Below, piece by piece: positions 35,618-48,622 of a DNA stretch of 64,000 nt (its first letter is position 1; each line of letters opens with the position of its first letter). The position numbers and the translations under genes are program-made. This DNA comes from Blepharisma stoltei ATCC 30299 (lineage: Eukaryota; Protista; Ciliophora): positions 186,001 to 250,000 of the forward strand of contig CBFDEM010000047.1 of the NCBI GenBank assembly GCA_965603825.1, in the 5' to 3' direction. The notes under the pieces are model-generated. The model was not told the DNA's origin, did not search any database, and saw only the letters and a list, made by a program, of their open reading frames with translations.

Positions 35618-37588
35618 ATGGACAAAGCAGCGAATGCTACGAATGGACCAGTTCCGCAGCATAACTCTTTTAGATTTACAGAAGATAACGTTTCGATGAC
35701 AAGCGACTTTGATTCAGGGAATTTAGCAAAAGCTGAGCGAGCAGGACCTGGAATATACCATTTGTGGACTGGCCCAGACTGCATGGGAACCTTAGCAGAA
35801 AATGGATGCAGAAGTTGGCTGTTTTTCAAAGTGACTGCCCCTATCGGTCTCACAGCAACTTTTACTGTAAAAAATTTAAACTTGCAAGGAAAATTGTTTA
35901 AAGAGGGGATGAAGCCTGTTATAAAAGTTCCTGGAGGAGAATGAGAAAGGGTCTGCTCTCCTGTTACTTTCAATGTTGTAGGAGAAGACTTTGAATTCAC
36001 ATTTATGCATTTTTTCAAAACTACAGAAGCAGAAATAGCATTTAGTTACCCGTGGAGTTATAATGATCATTTGCAGCTTCTGGAAAAACTTAGGCTGTCG
36101 GCCCTTTGTCAAGGAATTTATTTTTATAAAGAAAATATAATTAATTCGTTGGAAGGGAGAAGATGCGATTTATTGACAATCACAAGCTTTAGTGGGATGA
36201 CTGAAGAGAGAGAAGAGAGAATTCCTTTGTTGTTTCCAGAACAATCGGTGGAAAGAGCACAAAAATTTGTAGGGAAGCCAATTGTTATAATTACTGCAAG
36301 AGTTCATCCAGGAGAAACACCAGGGTCTTTTGTGATGAATGGGTTTTTATATTTTATTATGAGTGATGACCCAAGAGCAATTTCACTAAGAGATAATTTT
36401 GTTTTTAAAATTGTCCCTATGCTAAACCCTGATGGTGTATATAGAGGTTATTACAGAACTGACACACGAGGAATCAATTTAAATAGATTTTACACAAATC
36501 CTTCTCTTGCTGAACACCCTACAGTATTTGCAGTAAGAGAACTAGTCATGAGTTATCATAGAGAAAACAAAGATCAAATTTATTTATATGCAGATTTGCA
36601 TGGCCACGCCACTAAAAAAGGCTGCTTCATATATGGAAATTATCTAGATTTTCCCAGACAAATTGAGACTTGTTTATTCGCAAAACTGATGGCGCTGAAT
36701 TGCGTGAATTTTGATTTCGAAGGGTCCAATTTTACTGAGAAAAATATGCATGCCAAAGATAAAAGAGGGTTATCAAAAGATGGCAGTGGAAGGGTGGCTT
36801 TGTTTAAGTCAGCAAATTTAGTGAGATGCTATACATTGGAATGCAATTATAACTCTGGGAGGCTAATAAATCAAATTTTACCTAGTGGGCTTGATAAGAA
36901 TCCAGAGTCTTCAAATGACAGCGAAATGTATAAAAATGGTCCTCCAGCTTACACAATGCCTATTTTCGAAGATGTAGGAAAAGCTATAGGGATTTCTTTG
37001 CTAGATACTGCTTACCTTAATAATAACTCAAGAGTTCTGCCCTCTGACCCAGGACTAAAACAGTTAAGAGTAGACGTTGCAGCTTTTTTATCTACACAAA
37101 TACCATTCAGATTTGACCCTAACATTAAAAAAGCTTCAAAAAGCCAAGAAGACCTCGAAAATTTCATAAAAAATGGTTGCAAGCCTCCTAAGCTTGACTC
37201 AAGACCAAAGCTAAAAAAGATCCCAGAAGAAACAAAGCCACAAAAGAGATATTTCAGAATCTCTGAAAGCTCTACAGCGTCTAGCGAAAGACCAAACAAA
37301 TCGAAAAAAAGCAGTGTTGTGGAATCCCCAAAGAAAGAAGCTGCTGATGTTAAGCCAAAGCAACTCTCAGTTGTCCCTGTAAAGAACTACACATTTCCGA
37401 AGCCACCAAAAACAGATAATCAAAAAATATTGCAATTGCCGAGAGGCAGAAGTAAATTAAGAGCGATAGGACAACACAAGACTTCTAAGAGTTTGAGTAC
37501 TAAGCGTGGAGATAGTGGATACGAGAGGAATAAATCGTTTGAGAAAGAGCCGATGCTACTTACTGTTATGGAAGCTGCTGGAGAGTAA
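35618..37588 (+). CDS. Cytosolic carboxypeptidase (tubulin deglutamylase), AGBL5/CCP5-like
   Basis: SDFDSGNL, AFSYPWSY, ARVHPGE, PMLNPDGVYRGYYR.D.RGINLNR, DLHGH, YTLECNY. TGA at 35942 is Trp. Confidence 0.9.
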
Positions 37589-37809
37589 ATATTAATAATA
37601 AATCGATTAGTCTTTTGGAGTGAAAATTCAACTCATTTATATTTATATAATCTAGCAACGAAGAGAGTTAATTTAATTTTTATTTCAAGGCAATTTTCAT
37701 GGTATTTATATTGAAAATTAAACAGAAAAGACCCTTAATTAATATAGATTTACTTACTGCAAGCTTTCTGAAGTTTAAAACCTGTTAAGTGTAAATAAGA
37801 AAATAATAA

Positions 37810-39357
37810 ATGTTTGAATCCTCGGTGACTTTTTCATTAACTCAAATCTCTGAAGAACAGCAAAAATCAGCCAAATACATTCGCAGAGATACTACTAAAC
37901 TCCCTAAACTATCCTTAACATCTCGTGACAAAACTGTAAGCCCTCGATCCTCAAGGCGAGAAAGCTCAAAAAACACAACTTTCCGTTCTAGATCCAACAT
38001 GCGAACCAACAGCTTCAACCAAAGTACGAACCACCTCTTGCAAACCATCGACCAATCAGTCTCAGAAAAGCTTGGAGCCCTATATACAAATCCCAAAGAA
38101 TTGGTCGACACTGTCAAAAAAATGGAGAAAAGCAAAAGTTCTCATGACTTTACAGGGATGCTAGACGTTGATGTAGACTTCAAAAAACGTACCTTAAATA
38201 AGCTGCTGTTTTTAAAGAAGCTTAAAGAAGACGAACTTAATAGCTTAAAGCTGCAAGTTATCACAAATCAAACAACTATAAAAGAAGTAGAAAGAATGGA
38301 AAATGTCGCAAGTGGATTAAGTGCTAAAATAGAAGCAGTAAAAGAAGACTATAATGACTCAGTTTTTGTGAAAAATAGCTTAAATTTTATGATTTCACAA
38401 AGGCAGAGCAATATTGAAGCTATGAGAGAAAAGATAAGAGAGCTGAAAGAAGAAAAAGAAGAGACCAGTGGAAAAATACAAGAAATAGTTGCTGAAAAGA
38501 GAAGATATGAAGCTTATGCAAAAAAAGTAGGACTGAGGGTAGAAGGGTTTGTGGAGAAATTAAAGGAGCAGAAAGAAACAACTGCAATGAAAAAAGAAAA
38601 TTTTGTGAGTGAATATACAGAAAGAAAGTTCATGAAAGAGTTTTTAAAAAAGCAGTTGAACCAAAATAGTATAAAAAACAAAGTCAGCGAAAATGAAAGC
38701 AAAATTCAAGGCTTGGAAACTCATCTAGAAAAAATTGAAGATGAAGAGCAGTTAGAAAGCGAATTCAATGCTTGCTTAAATTATATTAAAAGGCAAGATC
38801 TTGTATTCAGTAAGCTTAAAAAGCAATCTAATGTGAACTCTATTGAAGAGATTTCAGACTACTTTATTCAGCTAAAAGAAGCAACAGCTTCTTTGAGCAG
38901 TTCTAAAGTTGACTTGGAAACCAAAATTGAGCTTAAAAGAAAAGAGCTAGAAAACATTAAGAAAACTCTTGAGCAAACCAAACTCAACTGTTTGGTGGAG
39001 CCAATCATTGGATATGAAGCGCAAGTTACCAAAAAAATTGAAGATAAAGAGTGGCATACAGAACTAACCAAAGAAAAAATAAAACGCCAAGAAGACTTAC
39101 TCTCCCAGTTATCAGGAATATTGACAAGGCTTCTTTATCAAGTTCAAGGAGAAATTGCTTTGCATGATCTTCTTCCTTCGAACTTGCCTATTGCTTTGGA
39201 AAAATTCAAAGCAAGAACAGTAGAAATATTTGACTATATAGACCAAGAATCAACAGTTTACCAGCCTACAAATATAGATCAAGAGTCAACAATTTACCAG
39301 CCTACAAAGTCTGATGCTTCAAAAGATAATTCTGTAACAATAGAAGTGCATCATTAA
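37810..39357 (+). CDS. Long coiled-coil protein
   Basis: 515-aa ATG..TAA ORF, heptad-rich. Confidence 0.75.
   Translation: MFESSVTFSLTQISEEQQKSAKYIRRDTTKLPKLSLTSRDKTVSPRSSRRESSKNTTFRSRSNMRTNSFNQSTNHLLQTIDQSVSEKLGALYTNPKELVDTVKKMEKSKSSHDFTGMLDVDVDFKKRTLNKLLFLKKLKEDELNSLKLQVITNQTTIKEVERMENVASGLSAKIEAVKEDYNDSVFVKNSLNFMISQRQSNIEAMREKIRELKEEKEETSGKIQEIVAEKRRYEAYAKKVGLRVEGFVEKLKEQKETTAMKKENFVSEYTERKFMKEFLKKQLNQNSIKNKVSENESKIQGLETHLEKIEDEEQLESEFNACLNYIKRQDLVFSKLKKQSNVNSIEEISDYFIQLKEATASLSSSKVDLETKIELKRKELENIKKTLEQTKLNCLVEPIIGYEAQVTKKIEDKEWHTELTKEKIKRQEDLLSQLSGILTRLLYQVQGEIALHDLLPSNLPIALEKFKARTVEIFDYIDQESTVYQPTNIDQESTIYQPTKSDASKDNSVTIEVHH
39238..39308 (+). repeat. 36-nt coding tandem duplication
   Basis: Encodes IDQESTVYQPTN / IDQESTIYQPTK. 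Confidence 0.85.
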
Positions 39358-39429
39358 ATAATAAGTTTTTGAAATATATAAAATGCATTTAACCTTTTTT
39401 AAGAGCAAATTTTTGACATAAATAATTAG

Positions 39430-41061
39430 TTATCCTATATGCTGTCGTTTATTAGGCTCAGATTCTTCATAAATAGGAACTCTTCTCATCCTTTTGATTT
39501 TTGCAGACGCTTTGAATTTCTGAGTTAAGGCAGCTTGATGGTGAAAAACTAGCCTAAATCTTTCTTCAAGCTCTTTTAGCTCATTTCCATTTTCCCACGA
39601 ATCTCTCATAAAATCGATATAGCTTACCCATAACTCTAACTTTTCTTGAGGAGACAAGTCAGAATTAAAGCTTAACCCTAATTCATAGACATCTCTAATT
39701 TTTGTTTTTTTGTCCTGTAAGTCTGTTAAGCACCCTAAAGCATTTATATAAGCATAATAAATAGATTTTTTGTCTCCAGCTTTTTTTATGGCATCACTAT
39801 AAATTTCTATAGCTTTGTCTAAATTATTCATCTGATGCTGACTGAAATTGGCATATTGGCCAGCAACAAATACTATGCTATCTGATTTGCCATTCTCTAA
39901 AGCAATAGAGTATGCAAACTTAAAAAGCCTATCTACTTCCTCAAAGTTTCTCTGTCTTCTTTCTAGATTTATATGTTTATATACCCCTTCTAATAGTCCT
40001 GGAGTGACATCTTCATAAGCATGCTTATACAATTTCCTAGCCTCGTCTATGTGTTTGTGTAGCTCTTCAAAATATCCTTGTGCAATAAATAAATCAGGCC
40101 TTCTAGACAAGAAATGAGTATTAGCTCGACTATAAAGTTCTCTTGCCTTTTCAAACCCTTGAACTTTTTCAATATATCTAGCATAGCGGATCCAAAATTC
40201 AGAGTAATAGCAAGCGGCAACTATGCAACGCTCATAAAGAAGCCGAATTCTGTCATCATCCCCTTCGTTTTCCTCGAACTCTAAATATCTTCTCCAGTTA
40301 TGAATTTGTTCATTATCAAGATCTTTTGTGCTGAAATTTGATCTTTTTATTCCTTGCTCAAATGTTTTTCTTTTGTTATTTTCGACCACAACTTTTTCAT
40401 AAGCAATAACTATATCTTCTACGCGTTTTTTCTTAGCAAACTCATAATCTTCCTGAGAAGCTAACGAAGGCAGATTTTTCCCAAAAGCATCAATAAAATT
40501 TTTAAATCTGGTATAATACTCATACAACTTATTTGTCGGAAAGATCAGCAAATTGCTAAAAATCGTTTCCATTGCTGCGTAATTTTTATGGTTTTTTTCA
40601 AAATCCAAGTATTTATCCCACAACAAATTTGACGTATAAACCTTTCCGCATGCATTTGTCGCTTTAATAAAAAGCTCTCTTGTTTCTTCTTCTGTACAAT
40701 GATCTGTTTTCCATATACAATAATGCAGCCATAAATCCACGCTGACAGGAATATACTTCAGTCCTTCCTCATAGGTACAAGTAACCATTTCATAATTATT
40801 TTCCGAGCTATAAACATCTGCAAGCTTCCTCCAAATTGGATAATACTGCGGAAACTCTTGCAAAAATTCTTGATAAATGCTTTTGCTTTTTTCATTAGAT
40901 TTCTAATTAGAAATTACATATTTTTCGACTTGCTTAATCAGCTCAAGCCAAATGTCAAAGTCATAAGGGTTGTAAAGCAAAATTTGTCGCAATTTATTTT
41001 CGTCTTCTCTTTCCTGAGTCTGGAAATTCATTGCAAAATCTGCTGCCAAAAAGCCCGTCAT
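39430..41061 (-). CDS. PRP39: U1 snRNP HAT-repeat protein PRP39
   Basis: NPYDFDIW, FLQEFPQYYPIWRKLA, IPVSVDLW, FEQGIKRS.F, NWRRYLEFE, LYERCIVAACYYSEFWIRYA. One intron at 40903-40917. Confidence 0.88.
40903..40917 (-). other. 15-nt intron
   Basis: GTAATTTCTAATTAG. Removal deletes an in-frame TAG. Confidence 0.88.
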
Positions 41062-41172
41062 TTATAATTGTTGTAATAAAGAAAGACAATAAATAGAGAT
41101 TAAGCCAAAAATAATTCTAAGAGATTTTAAAATGCATGAATAGCTGCTTTATTAGAATGGTCTATTATAATA

Positions 41173-41616
41173 ATGGCCATCAATATTGACGATCACGATC
41201 CTGGATATATCCCTCCTCCACCAACCCGTGAACAAGAAATCGAATACATTGAGAATTTAGAAAAAGAGTTTAGAAATCGCCACTTCCGCCACAGAAATTA
41301 CGCTCCAGACCCTACAAGACGCTTCTGGCAGAGCTATGATGATAAAATTACCCACTACCGTCTTGATTATTGGCTGAAGTTCTTGCTCGGTGCATTCCTG
41401 GCAGTGCCGTTGGCAGGTTACCTTACAAGGAAGTCTCCATCAAAGTCAAGCTTTATGAATATTCCTTTCAGAACTTATCCATACCAGCAGAACTTCAGAT
41501 TTTGGACTTTCTTTCTTACTTATGATCTCGGCTTGGCCTATGGATTCGCTCATTTACTTAAGAACACTGATTACTTTGAGCCTTTAATCCCATTAACAAG
41601 GGAAAAAAAGTTATAA
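41173..41616 (+). CDS. Small two-TM hypothetical protein, possibly an organellar membrane subunit
   Basis: 147-aa ATG..TAA ORF with two hydrophobic stretches. Confidence 0.7.
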   Translation: MAINIDDHDPGYIPPPPTREQEIEYIENLEKEFRNRHFRHRNYAPDPTRRFWQSYDDKITHYRLDYWLKFLLGAFLAVPLAGYLTRKSPSKSSFMNIPFRTYPYQQNFRFWTFFLTYDLGLAYGFAHLLKNTDYFEPLIPLTREKKL

Positions 41617-41681
41617 CCTAATAAAAGGTTTCTTCTAATTAAGCTGCTATTTAAATAGTAAATGAAACCTTCTATATAAAT

Positions 41682-43367
41682 ATGAAAATTACTGTTTGGG
41701 TGCTTACAGCCCTGAAGGTTTTGGCGTTGTGAAACGACACAGTGAGCACTGGATCACTTGGAGGGTATTTTACGTATAATGAGATCCAAAATGATATGAT
41801 TAGTCTAGTATCAGAATTCCCCAATCTGGTTTCATCAGGGACTGTTGGCTCAACTTATAAAGGTGAAGAGATCAAATATTTAAAAATTGAACTAGCAGAA
41901 GGCTTAGCTCAGGAAGAAAGGACAGGAATTATGATAACGGCAGCTCAGTTTGCAGGATACCCAATCGGCCCTTCTCAGGTTATGTATATTGCAAAAGCTC
42001 TTGCGAATACTTACAAAGACGATATTAACGAAGAGTTTATTTTGAGCGTTTCAACTGTTTGGCTTATACCAGTCATCAACGTTGATGCATATATGTTAAT
42101 GGAAACAGAGTATAGCACAAATAAAAATTTTCCAGTAAATTTAAAAAACCTCAACATGACTGGATGTGCAACCACAGGTGAAGGAGGGGTGAATCTTGAC
42201 CGTAACTGGGGATTTGATTGAAATTCTGGCCATTCCTCCCACAATCCTTGTGACTCAGCTTATAACGGATACAAAAGCTTTTCTGAGTCTGAAACCTTGG
42301 CATTAAAAAATTTTGTGGAGAGTAAACATATAAGTGTATGGATTCACTATGACAGAAGTGAGGATGCTTGTATAACCCCTTATACATCATCAGGCAAGTC
42401 AAAATTCACAGGACCTGCTAAACATTTCTTTAAAGGTCTGCAAAAATCCTTGCCAAAAACTACTACATTTGGGAGCATAAAAGAAGTATATGGAGACAAA
42501 GAGGACGGAACTTTGATTGATTATGCATACTCAGAAGGAATAATAGCTTTTGAGATAGGGATCAACCATACAAAAACACCGTCACTTTCTATTTTCGATA
42601 AGTATTATGACTCAGCCATGTACTCTATGGAAAGAGCTAATTATTGTCTGAATTTAGAAGTAAAAACTATTGAATTCTATTGTGACGACGGCCCGTATTC
42701 TTGTGATAGTAAAAATTCCAGCAGCTATATTATTTATCAAATTAATGTTGAAAACAGTGGGCTATATGATACCGAAAGCTTAAAGGTTTCATTTGTTTCT
42801 AATAACGCTGAAACAAGTGAGTATAAGATTTCACCTACTAAACTTATAAAACTAGAAGACGGCAAAAAGATTTCTTACAATATGACTGTCATTGCTGCAA
42901 ACGCTACTTATATATCAGTTGAGGCTGATTTTGAAGTTTCCAGCAGTGAAATTGCAAATTTTTCGTTAATTGTAGAAAAAGAAAAGGTTAAGGGCGCAAA
43001 AAGTTCAGTTCTTATTAACTATCAGGTTTCTGTTATCAATGAAAAAGTGCCAGTTTATGATCATGTCTCACAAAGCCTTACCATTTCATACAAAGTAGTT
43101 AATCCAGATGATGGAGGAGATGATGATAATAGCAATAAAAAAGGAATTGCTATAGGGATTGGGCTAGGATTTGGAGTAGTTCTAATAATTATTGTTATTG
43201 GGGTTATCTTCTACTGCAAAAAGAACAGAAAAGGCCAGGATCTGAAGCAACCTAATAATCAAGAAATCCCTAACAGCTTGCCACAGTTTGAGTTTGATAA
43301 AGGAAGAGAGCTTAATGTACCTCCAAAAAGATTCAGTCCAGCAAGCCTAGAAGATTCAAGAGTTTAG
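41682..43367 (+). CDS. Type I membrane protein with degenerate M14 carboxypeptidase domain
   Basis: Signal-like N-terminus, YFTYNEI, VGSTYKG, WLIPVINVDAY, GVNLDRNWGFD-W, FSESETLALKNF, and a TM (IAIGIGLGFGVVLIIIVIGVIFYC). Reads through TGA(Trp). Confidence 0.8.
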
Positions 43368-43574
43368 GCTCAATTAACATAAAGGGTATTATCTTAATTT
43401 TTTATATCCATATCTTAAAAGTCATATATATTTCTTTAAAACTAATGAAAAAAGTCATAAATTATAGGGAAACCCTATAATAAATTAGCATACCTGCAAT
43501 AACAGTTATTATGGCTATCCTAATTCTCAAATATTATTTTATTTGCTTTCTTCTACTTTCATATTATTACTGTT

Positions 43575-45801
43575 ATGAAAGCCTATAAATTCCCTGTAAA
43601 AGACTGCAAAGCCCATGCATTTTGCAATTATCCTTACACAGAAGATGTCGCTAATCTTGATACAGCTGATTTAAAATCCTATTTAAAATCTCTTTCACCT
43701 AACAAAAAATACAATTTATCAGAACGTGAAATAATTAGCACAAATACATTAGCAACAGAATTAGATGTAAAATACCTTAAAAAAATCCAAGATCGTATGG
43801 ACGATCACAACTCAGTAAAATCTGGGATTCCTATAGTAACTGAAGAAGGTCTGAGCGATTGATGCCAACAAAGCATTAATCGGCGATTCCCAGTTATCCC
43901 TAACATCAGGCCTTTTATGGTTTCCAAGCCGATCTATGAGTATTTGAAAAGCGTGCAAGACATTAAAAAATCACCGCAGGGTGGAGGAAATAATGCAGCT
44001 TCTAGAGAGCTGATAACACAAGGAGAAATCCAATCGATTTTAGAAAATAATAAAGTGAACATTTATTCATTGGAGCCACGGACTATGGAAAATGGGACTG
44101 CTTTTATGTACCCAAGACAAAAAGACAGAGAAAAGCCTAGGAAATCACTCATAAATGATTCCTCTGGGAAAATTGCACAGAGAACTCACAGTGCTAGGAG
44201 CAATAATTCAAATGCAACCTACACAAGAGCTCGAAGTTCTGTTATGAGCCAAATTTTGCACCAATTTAATACAGAAGTAAAAGAATATCATGGGAACTTA
44301 AGAACTGATTCTCACAATGCAAGGGAAATTTATGAAGGCATTTTAAAAGAAGGAAAAGCTCAGCTGAAGCTAGAACGGTCTTTAACTAAAGAAAAAATAG
44401 TATTTTTGTCAGATAACCAAATAAAGCTGCTAGACCGAGATATAGTTTACAATCAGCCTTCTTATTTAATGATGCATCTTGATCTTATTCATAAAACTGA
44501 GACTGATGATGCTTATAAGCTAGCAATAAAAAATGACTGGAAAAATGCTCTGGCTGAGTATAAAGAAAATTTTAAAAAGCAAGGACCGTCGCAAGAGGGC
44601 TGCTTTAATATAGCTGTGTGCTTAGAACATCTGAATAGCTATGAAATGAGCAGGACTTGGTTTTCTGAGTAAGTAACTATTTAGGGCTCTGCGATTTGAT
44701 ATAAAATCGCCTGAAGTGTTATTAGGTCTTGCAATTGCAAGTTTTAAGCTAAATGAAGTGGGAAGCTGCATCTATTTTTGTGATCGAATAATGGAAATTG
44801 AGCAAGCTAAGGACGGAAGAGTCTATTTTTTAATGGCTCTTTGTAGCAAAGTAATAAACAGTATCGATGAAAGTACACTCCATTATTTATTACTACTGCA
44901 AAGGTGCCCAGAAGACAGACTAAGCCCAGTCCAATCCACTCATGACTGAGATGAAACAGTCCCATTGGAGAAATGGATGTATAAGTCGAATATTCCTTTT
45001 TTCAGAAGATTTGATAAGAAAAAGCTTGTAAATTACATTTAGAAACATCTCAGTAGCTATGATATAATACACTTAGAATCAACCCATGTATTTGTTCCTG
45101 ACCAAGATAAAGCATATATCATCATTAACGGCATGATAAAAGTGCGAGACCATACGCAATATCTAATGAATCCTAAACTATTATGAAGAATCCGCTGTGG
45201 ACATTATCTCTATTATCCATATCACAGGCATTTCTTTGATAATCCTTATATCTGGCTTTTCGTTGACAGAAATACCTGTGTTTTGTCTATTCCCTCTGAG
45301 GATTTTGAAGCTTTGCTAAAAGAATCTAGACAATTAAATTCTGTGATCCTGACTAATGTGCTTTGCTCGTTTAGGCTTTTTAAAAATGTTAGCGATAATT
45401 GTATAGACTCTCTGGTGCAGGAATCAATGAAAATAAAAAAATTCAAAAAAGGACAGCTTATCAGAAGAAAAATTGGAGTAAGCGGGGAAGGCAAAGGAGT
45501 ATTTGGAATAATTATTAGTGGACTGGTCGATGTAAGAAGAGAAGATGGGCATGATATAGGCATGAAAGGAAGGGGAGATTATTTCGCTGAGGAGTTTGTG
45601 TTTAAAGAAATGAGGGGAACTGCATCATATGGAGATTTCTATGCGAAAAGTGATACATTAGAGATCGGGTTTATAATTGCTTCAGATATTTTAAAACTTC
45701 CTGAGCATGAGCTTGAAAAATTGAAAAGCAATTTAAGCAGCTTTAAAAGAACGAGGTCTCGTAAAGAAACTCATACAAAAAATAACTCTTTTTGGCTTTA
45801 A
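43575..45801 (+). CDS. TPR plus two cyclic-nucleotide-binding-like domains (three exons)
   Basis: Fragments joined by TGA(Trp) and introns 44669-44684 and 45028-45042. TPR-like FNIAVCLEHL..YEMS; cNMP-like IPFFRRF..AYIIING and FRLFKNV..FGIIISGLVDV..GDYFAE. Confidence 0.75.
44669..44684 (+). other. 16-nt intron
   Basis: GTAAGTAACTATTTAG. Removal shifts into the frame of ORF 44716. Confidence 0.85.
45028..45042 (+). other. 15-nt intron
   Basis: GTAAATTACATTTAG. Removal deletes an in-frame TAG. Confidence 0.88.
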
Positions 45802-46244
45802 AGCTCACAATTTTTATAATTTTTATTTCAATAATACAATGAAAAATAAGTCTATTAAAGTCTATTAAATAAATACTAATGTTAATAAATCCTTATTGAG
45901 TCCATTCCTACAATCAAAAAATTAAATAGTCACCAAATTAATATATTATAGAAATAATATTAATAAAGCACAGATTAAGTTTAATGTAATTGCAACGTTT
46001 TAGGACTGTCTTTTGCGCTGAATTGCCTCATCCCCTTACTTACCAATATGCGTTTTTATAATTTATCAAGTAAGCTTGATGAATCAAAATATTTGAAATT
46101 AATATAATCATTAATAAGCAATCCGATATCTCTTATAAAAATCCTATAAAACTCAGAATTCACCATCTTACTATTTTTTATTATCCAAACCACTTTATTC
46201 GTGACACATTTTGATTGATTGAAATGGATTTATTTTTTATTAAA

Positions 46245-47624
46245 ATGATATTTGCATTCGTTGCAATATCGATAGTAAGTTTTGCTTTTGCAAACTCAAA
46301 TATAACAATCACTCCTTTATCAATTGACAGTTCAATTTCTCAGAACCAAAGCGAAACTTGAGCTTATTTTCAGATTAAAGATTATGGGTCTTTTAGTTTG
46401 TATTTGTCGGTCAGTATCGAACTTACTGAACCTGCATATGTTTGTTTAGGTATTAAAGAAAATGGGCTGCCTGAGGTTATTACTGGATACCCACAATTTG
46501 ACTGACTTGATATAGACAATTGAAATTTGGGCTCTAAAAAGCATAATGTTATAATATCTCCTTATCAGTATGCGTTATCTTCTTTATTCGTAGGAGTATA
46601 TTTAAAGACAAGCATCGAAATAGCTTATACAATTACTGCTTTGCAATTTGTAAGCCAGCCTTGTATAAATAATTGTACTGGCAACGGATTATGTGCTAAA
46701 GGAAAATGCAACTGCAATAGCGGAAATATAGGTAAAGACTGTCAAGTCGTTTCAAAAGTTTTAGATGTCAATGATTCTCAAAACATATCAACAGAGCCTG
46801 GGTCTATAACATATGCTGATTATGGCGAAATAGATTCAAAAACGGGAGAAAATATCGATGTTATTATACACTCTTACGATAGCCCTATTACTGTCTGTGT
46901 CAAGCCATCTCAAATAAACTGAACAACTACTTTACCATCAAAATCAGTTTGCCGAATAAGACTTAATGGAACAGATATTAAATACACCATAAGTTCAGAC
47001 GATTATATGACATATTTTGCAATAATAAACACAGATAGCAATATAGCTAATCTTCAAATAATGTTGATTGGAAGCAGCAGTGGAGATTCTTCGAAGGAAA
47101 TAATTTTTATTTCTTTAATTACTGTGTGCTCAGCTGTCGTTTTAGGGTGAATTTCGTTCGCTATATATAAAACGAGGAAAAGATTTCAAGTAATTTCATA
47201 TAGAAGCGAAAATTATTTGAATCGAGCTTTAGAAATAAAAGACATAGAAAACCATTTTCCTGAAAAACAAATCAGGCAGATAGATATAGATAAAGGCAGC
47301 ATATCATGTCCTATATGCTTGGATAATTTTAATCTAGATGATATTGTTAGAGAGCTCTTATGTGACCATATTTATCACAAAAAATGCATTGATGAGTGGT
47401 TTGCAACAAAAACTTATTGTTGTTTGTGCAAGCGGGAATATAAAAATGCTGAGAATTTGGATTTAACTAGAGCCATTGAAGAGACAGTAGGAATAAATAA
47501 TAGCTTAGGATTAATGGTGGGAGCAAATGAAGAGTCTCAAGGAATTATTACAAGCAATCCTGTTCATGAAGAGCATGAAGAAGTTGATGCAACATTTCGA
47601 TTAAATTCACCTAATATTAACTAA
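46245..47624 (+). CDS. Transmembrane RING-H2 ligase with signal peptide and EGF-like ectodomain
   Basis: Signal MIFAFVAISIVSFAFA; EGF CINNCTGNGLCAKGKCNCNSGNIGKDC; TM; RING CPICLDNF..LLCDHIYHKKCIDEW..CCLCK. Several TGA(Trp). Alternative in-frame ATG at 46224. Confidence 0.82.
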
Positions 47625-47870
47625 AATTTTATATTTTAATTTTAAAAATAAAGAATCAATATTTAATAATTGAAATAATTCGACTGAAGAATTTTCTTAA
47701 AAATGTCGAATATTTATTAATTGCAGTATTAACTTTGATATCAGCAATTTTTCTAAAACTCAAATAAGCATCTAATAATATGATAAAAGATTTAATTCAG
47801 AAATGGATTTTTTTACTTATTAATTGTTGTGCAAATTATAACTTAAGAGCAAAAATATTCTAATGATATC

Positions 47871-48425
47871 TTAGTTATTTGCTTTTAATAAATAATTTGT
47901 TCCTTGCTTTACTGCTTGCTCTTTCGCTATTGCTGCTGCCTTAGTTGCTTCTTCTTTAAAAGATTCAATTCCTTTGTCAATTTTATCTTGATTTTTAAGT
48001 AAGATAGGCTGAACAATATTTTCATAAAGAATTAAGGCTCCTTTAATCTGTGGAGAGAATAAAAAGAACAGAAATAGAAGCTTGAACGGATGATAGAAAG
48101 GGACCCATGAGAACAAAAATGATGCTGAGTCATCTATAAACCTACATATAGCGTAAACCACCCAGTATGTAAGCCACTGTTTATCGTCGTCAGTCTCTGC
48201 TGATTCAATAGCTTTGAATGACATATAAGCTGGATAAATGAACCCAATAAAATCCCCAATGATATCAGCGCCGATTCCAAACATCATAAAGCCAAATACG
48301 CATGCGCCTAAAATCACTACTATATGAGAAGTTTGCAAACCAGTTTTTGAAGAGATCAGCTTCAGGATTGTGTTGTTTTTCGTGCTTTCGTTAAGGCGAA
48401 ACAAAAACTGGTTGATTTGATCCAT
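47871..48425 (-). CDS. REEP5/YOP1/HVA22-family ER-shaping protein
   Basis: GFIYPAYMSFKAIES..DDDKQWLTYWVVY...WVPFY..FK..F..FL..PQ..GA..LY. Confidence 0.93.
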   Translation of the reverse strand: MDQINQFLFRLNESTKNNTILKLISSKTGLQTSHIVVILGACVFGFMMFGIGADIIGDFIGFIYPAYMSFKAIESAETDDDKQWLTYWVVYAICRFIDDSASFLFSWVPFYHPFKLLFLFFLFSPQIKGALILYENIVQPILLKNQDKIDKGIESFKEEATKAAAIAKEQAVKQGTNYLLKANN

Positions 48426-48622
48426 TTATGATTGGTATTCATGAGGGTGATGTCATAATAATACTAATCAAATTTAATTAGAATGAAATTAAGCGGGATT
48501 ATTTATTAAATTTTGCAAGGAAATATATCTGATTTATTATACATAAGTAAAATAAGACAAGTTGAAAAATAATAAAATGCTTTCAATGAATATATAGTTA
48601 TTATGATTTTTAATAAGGATTA

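Noticed and set aside
40899-40914. 16-nt perfect palindrome ATTTCTAATTAGAAAT over the PRP39 intron 3' splice site
   Set aside because: A single AT-rich instance, plausible by chance, and not seen at the other introns.
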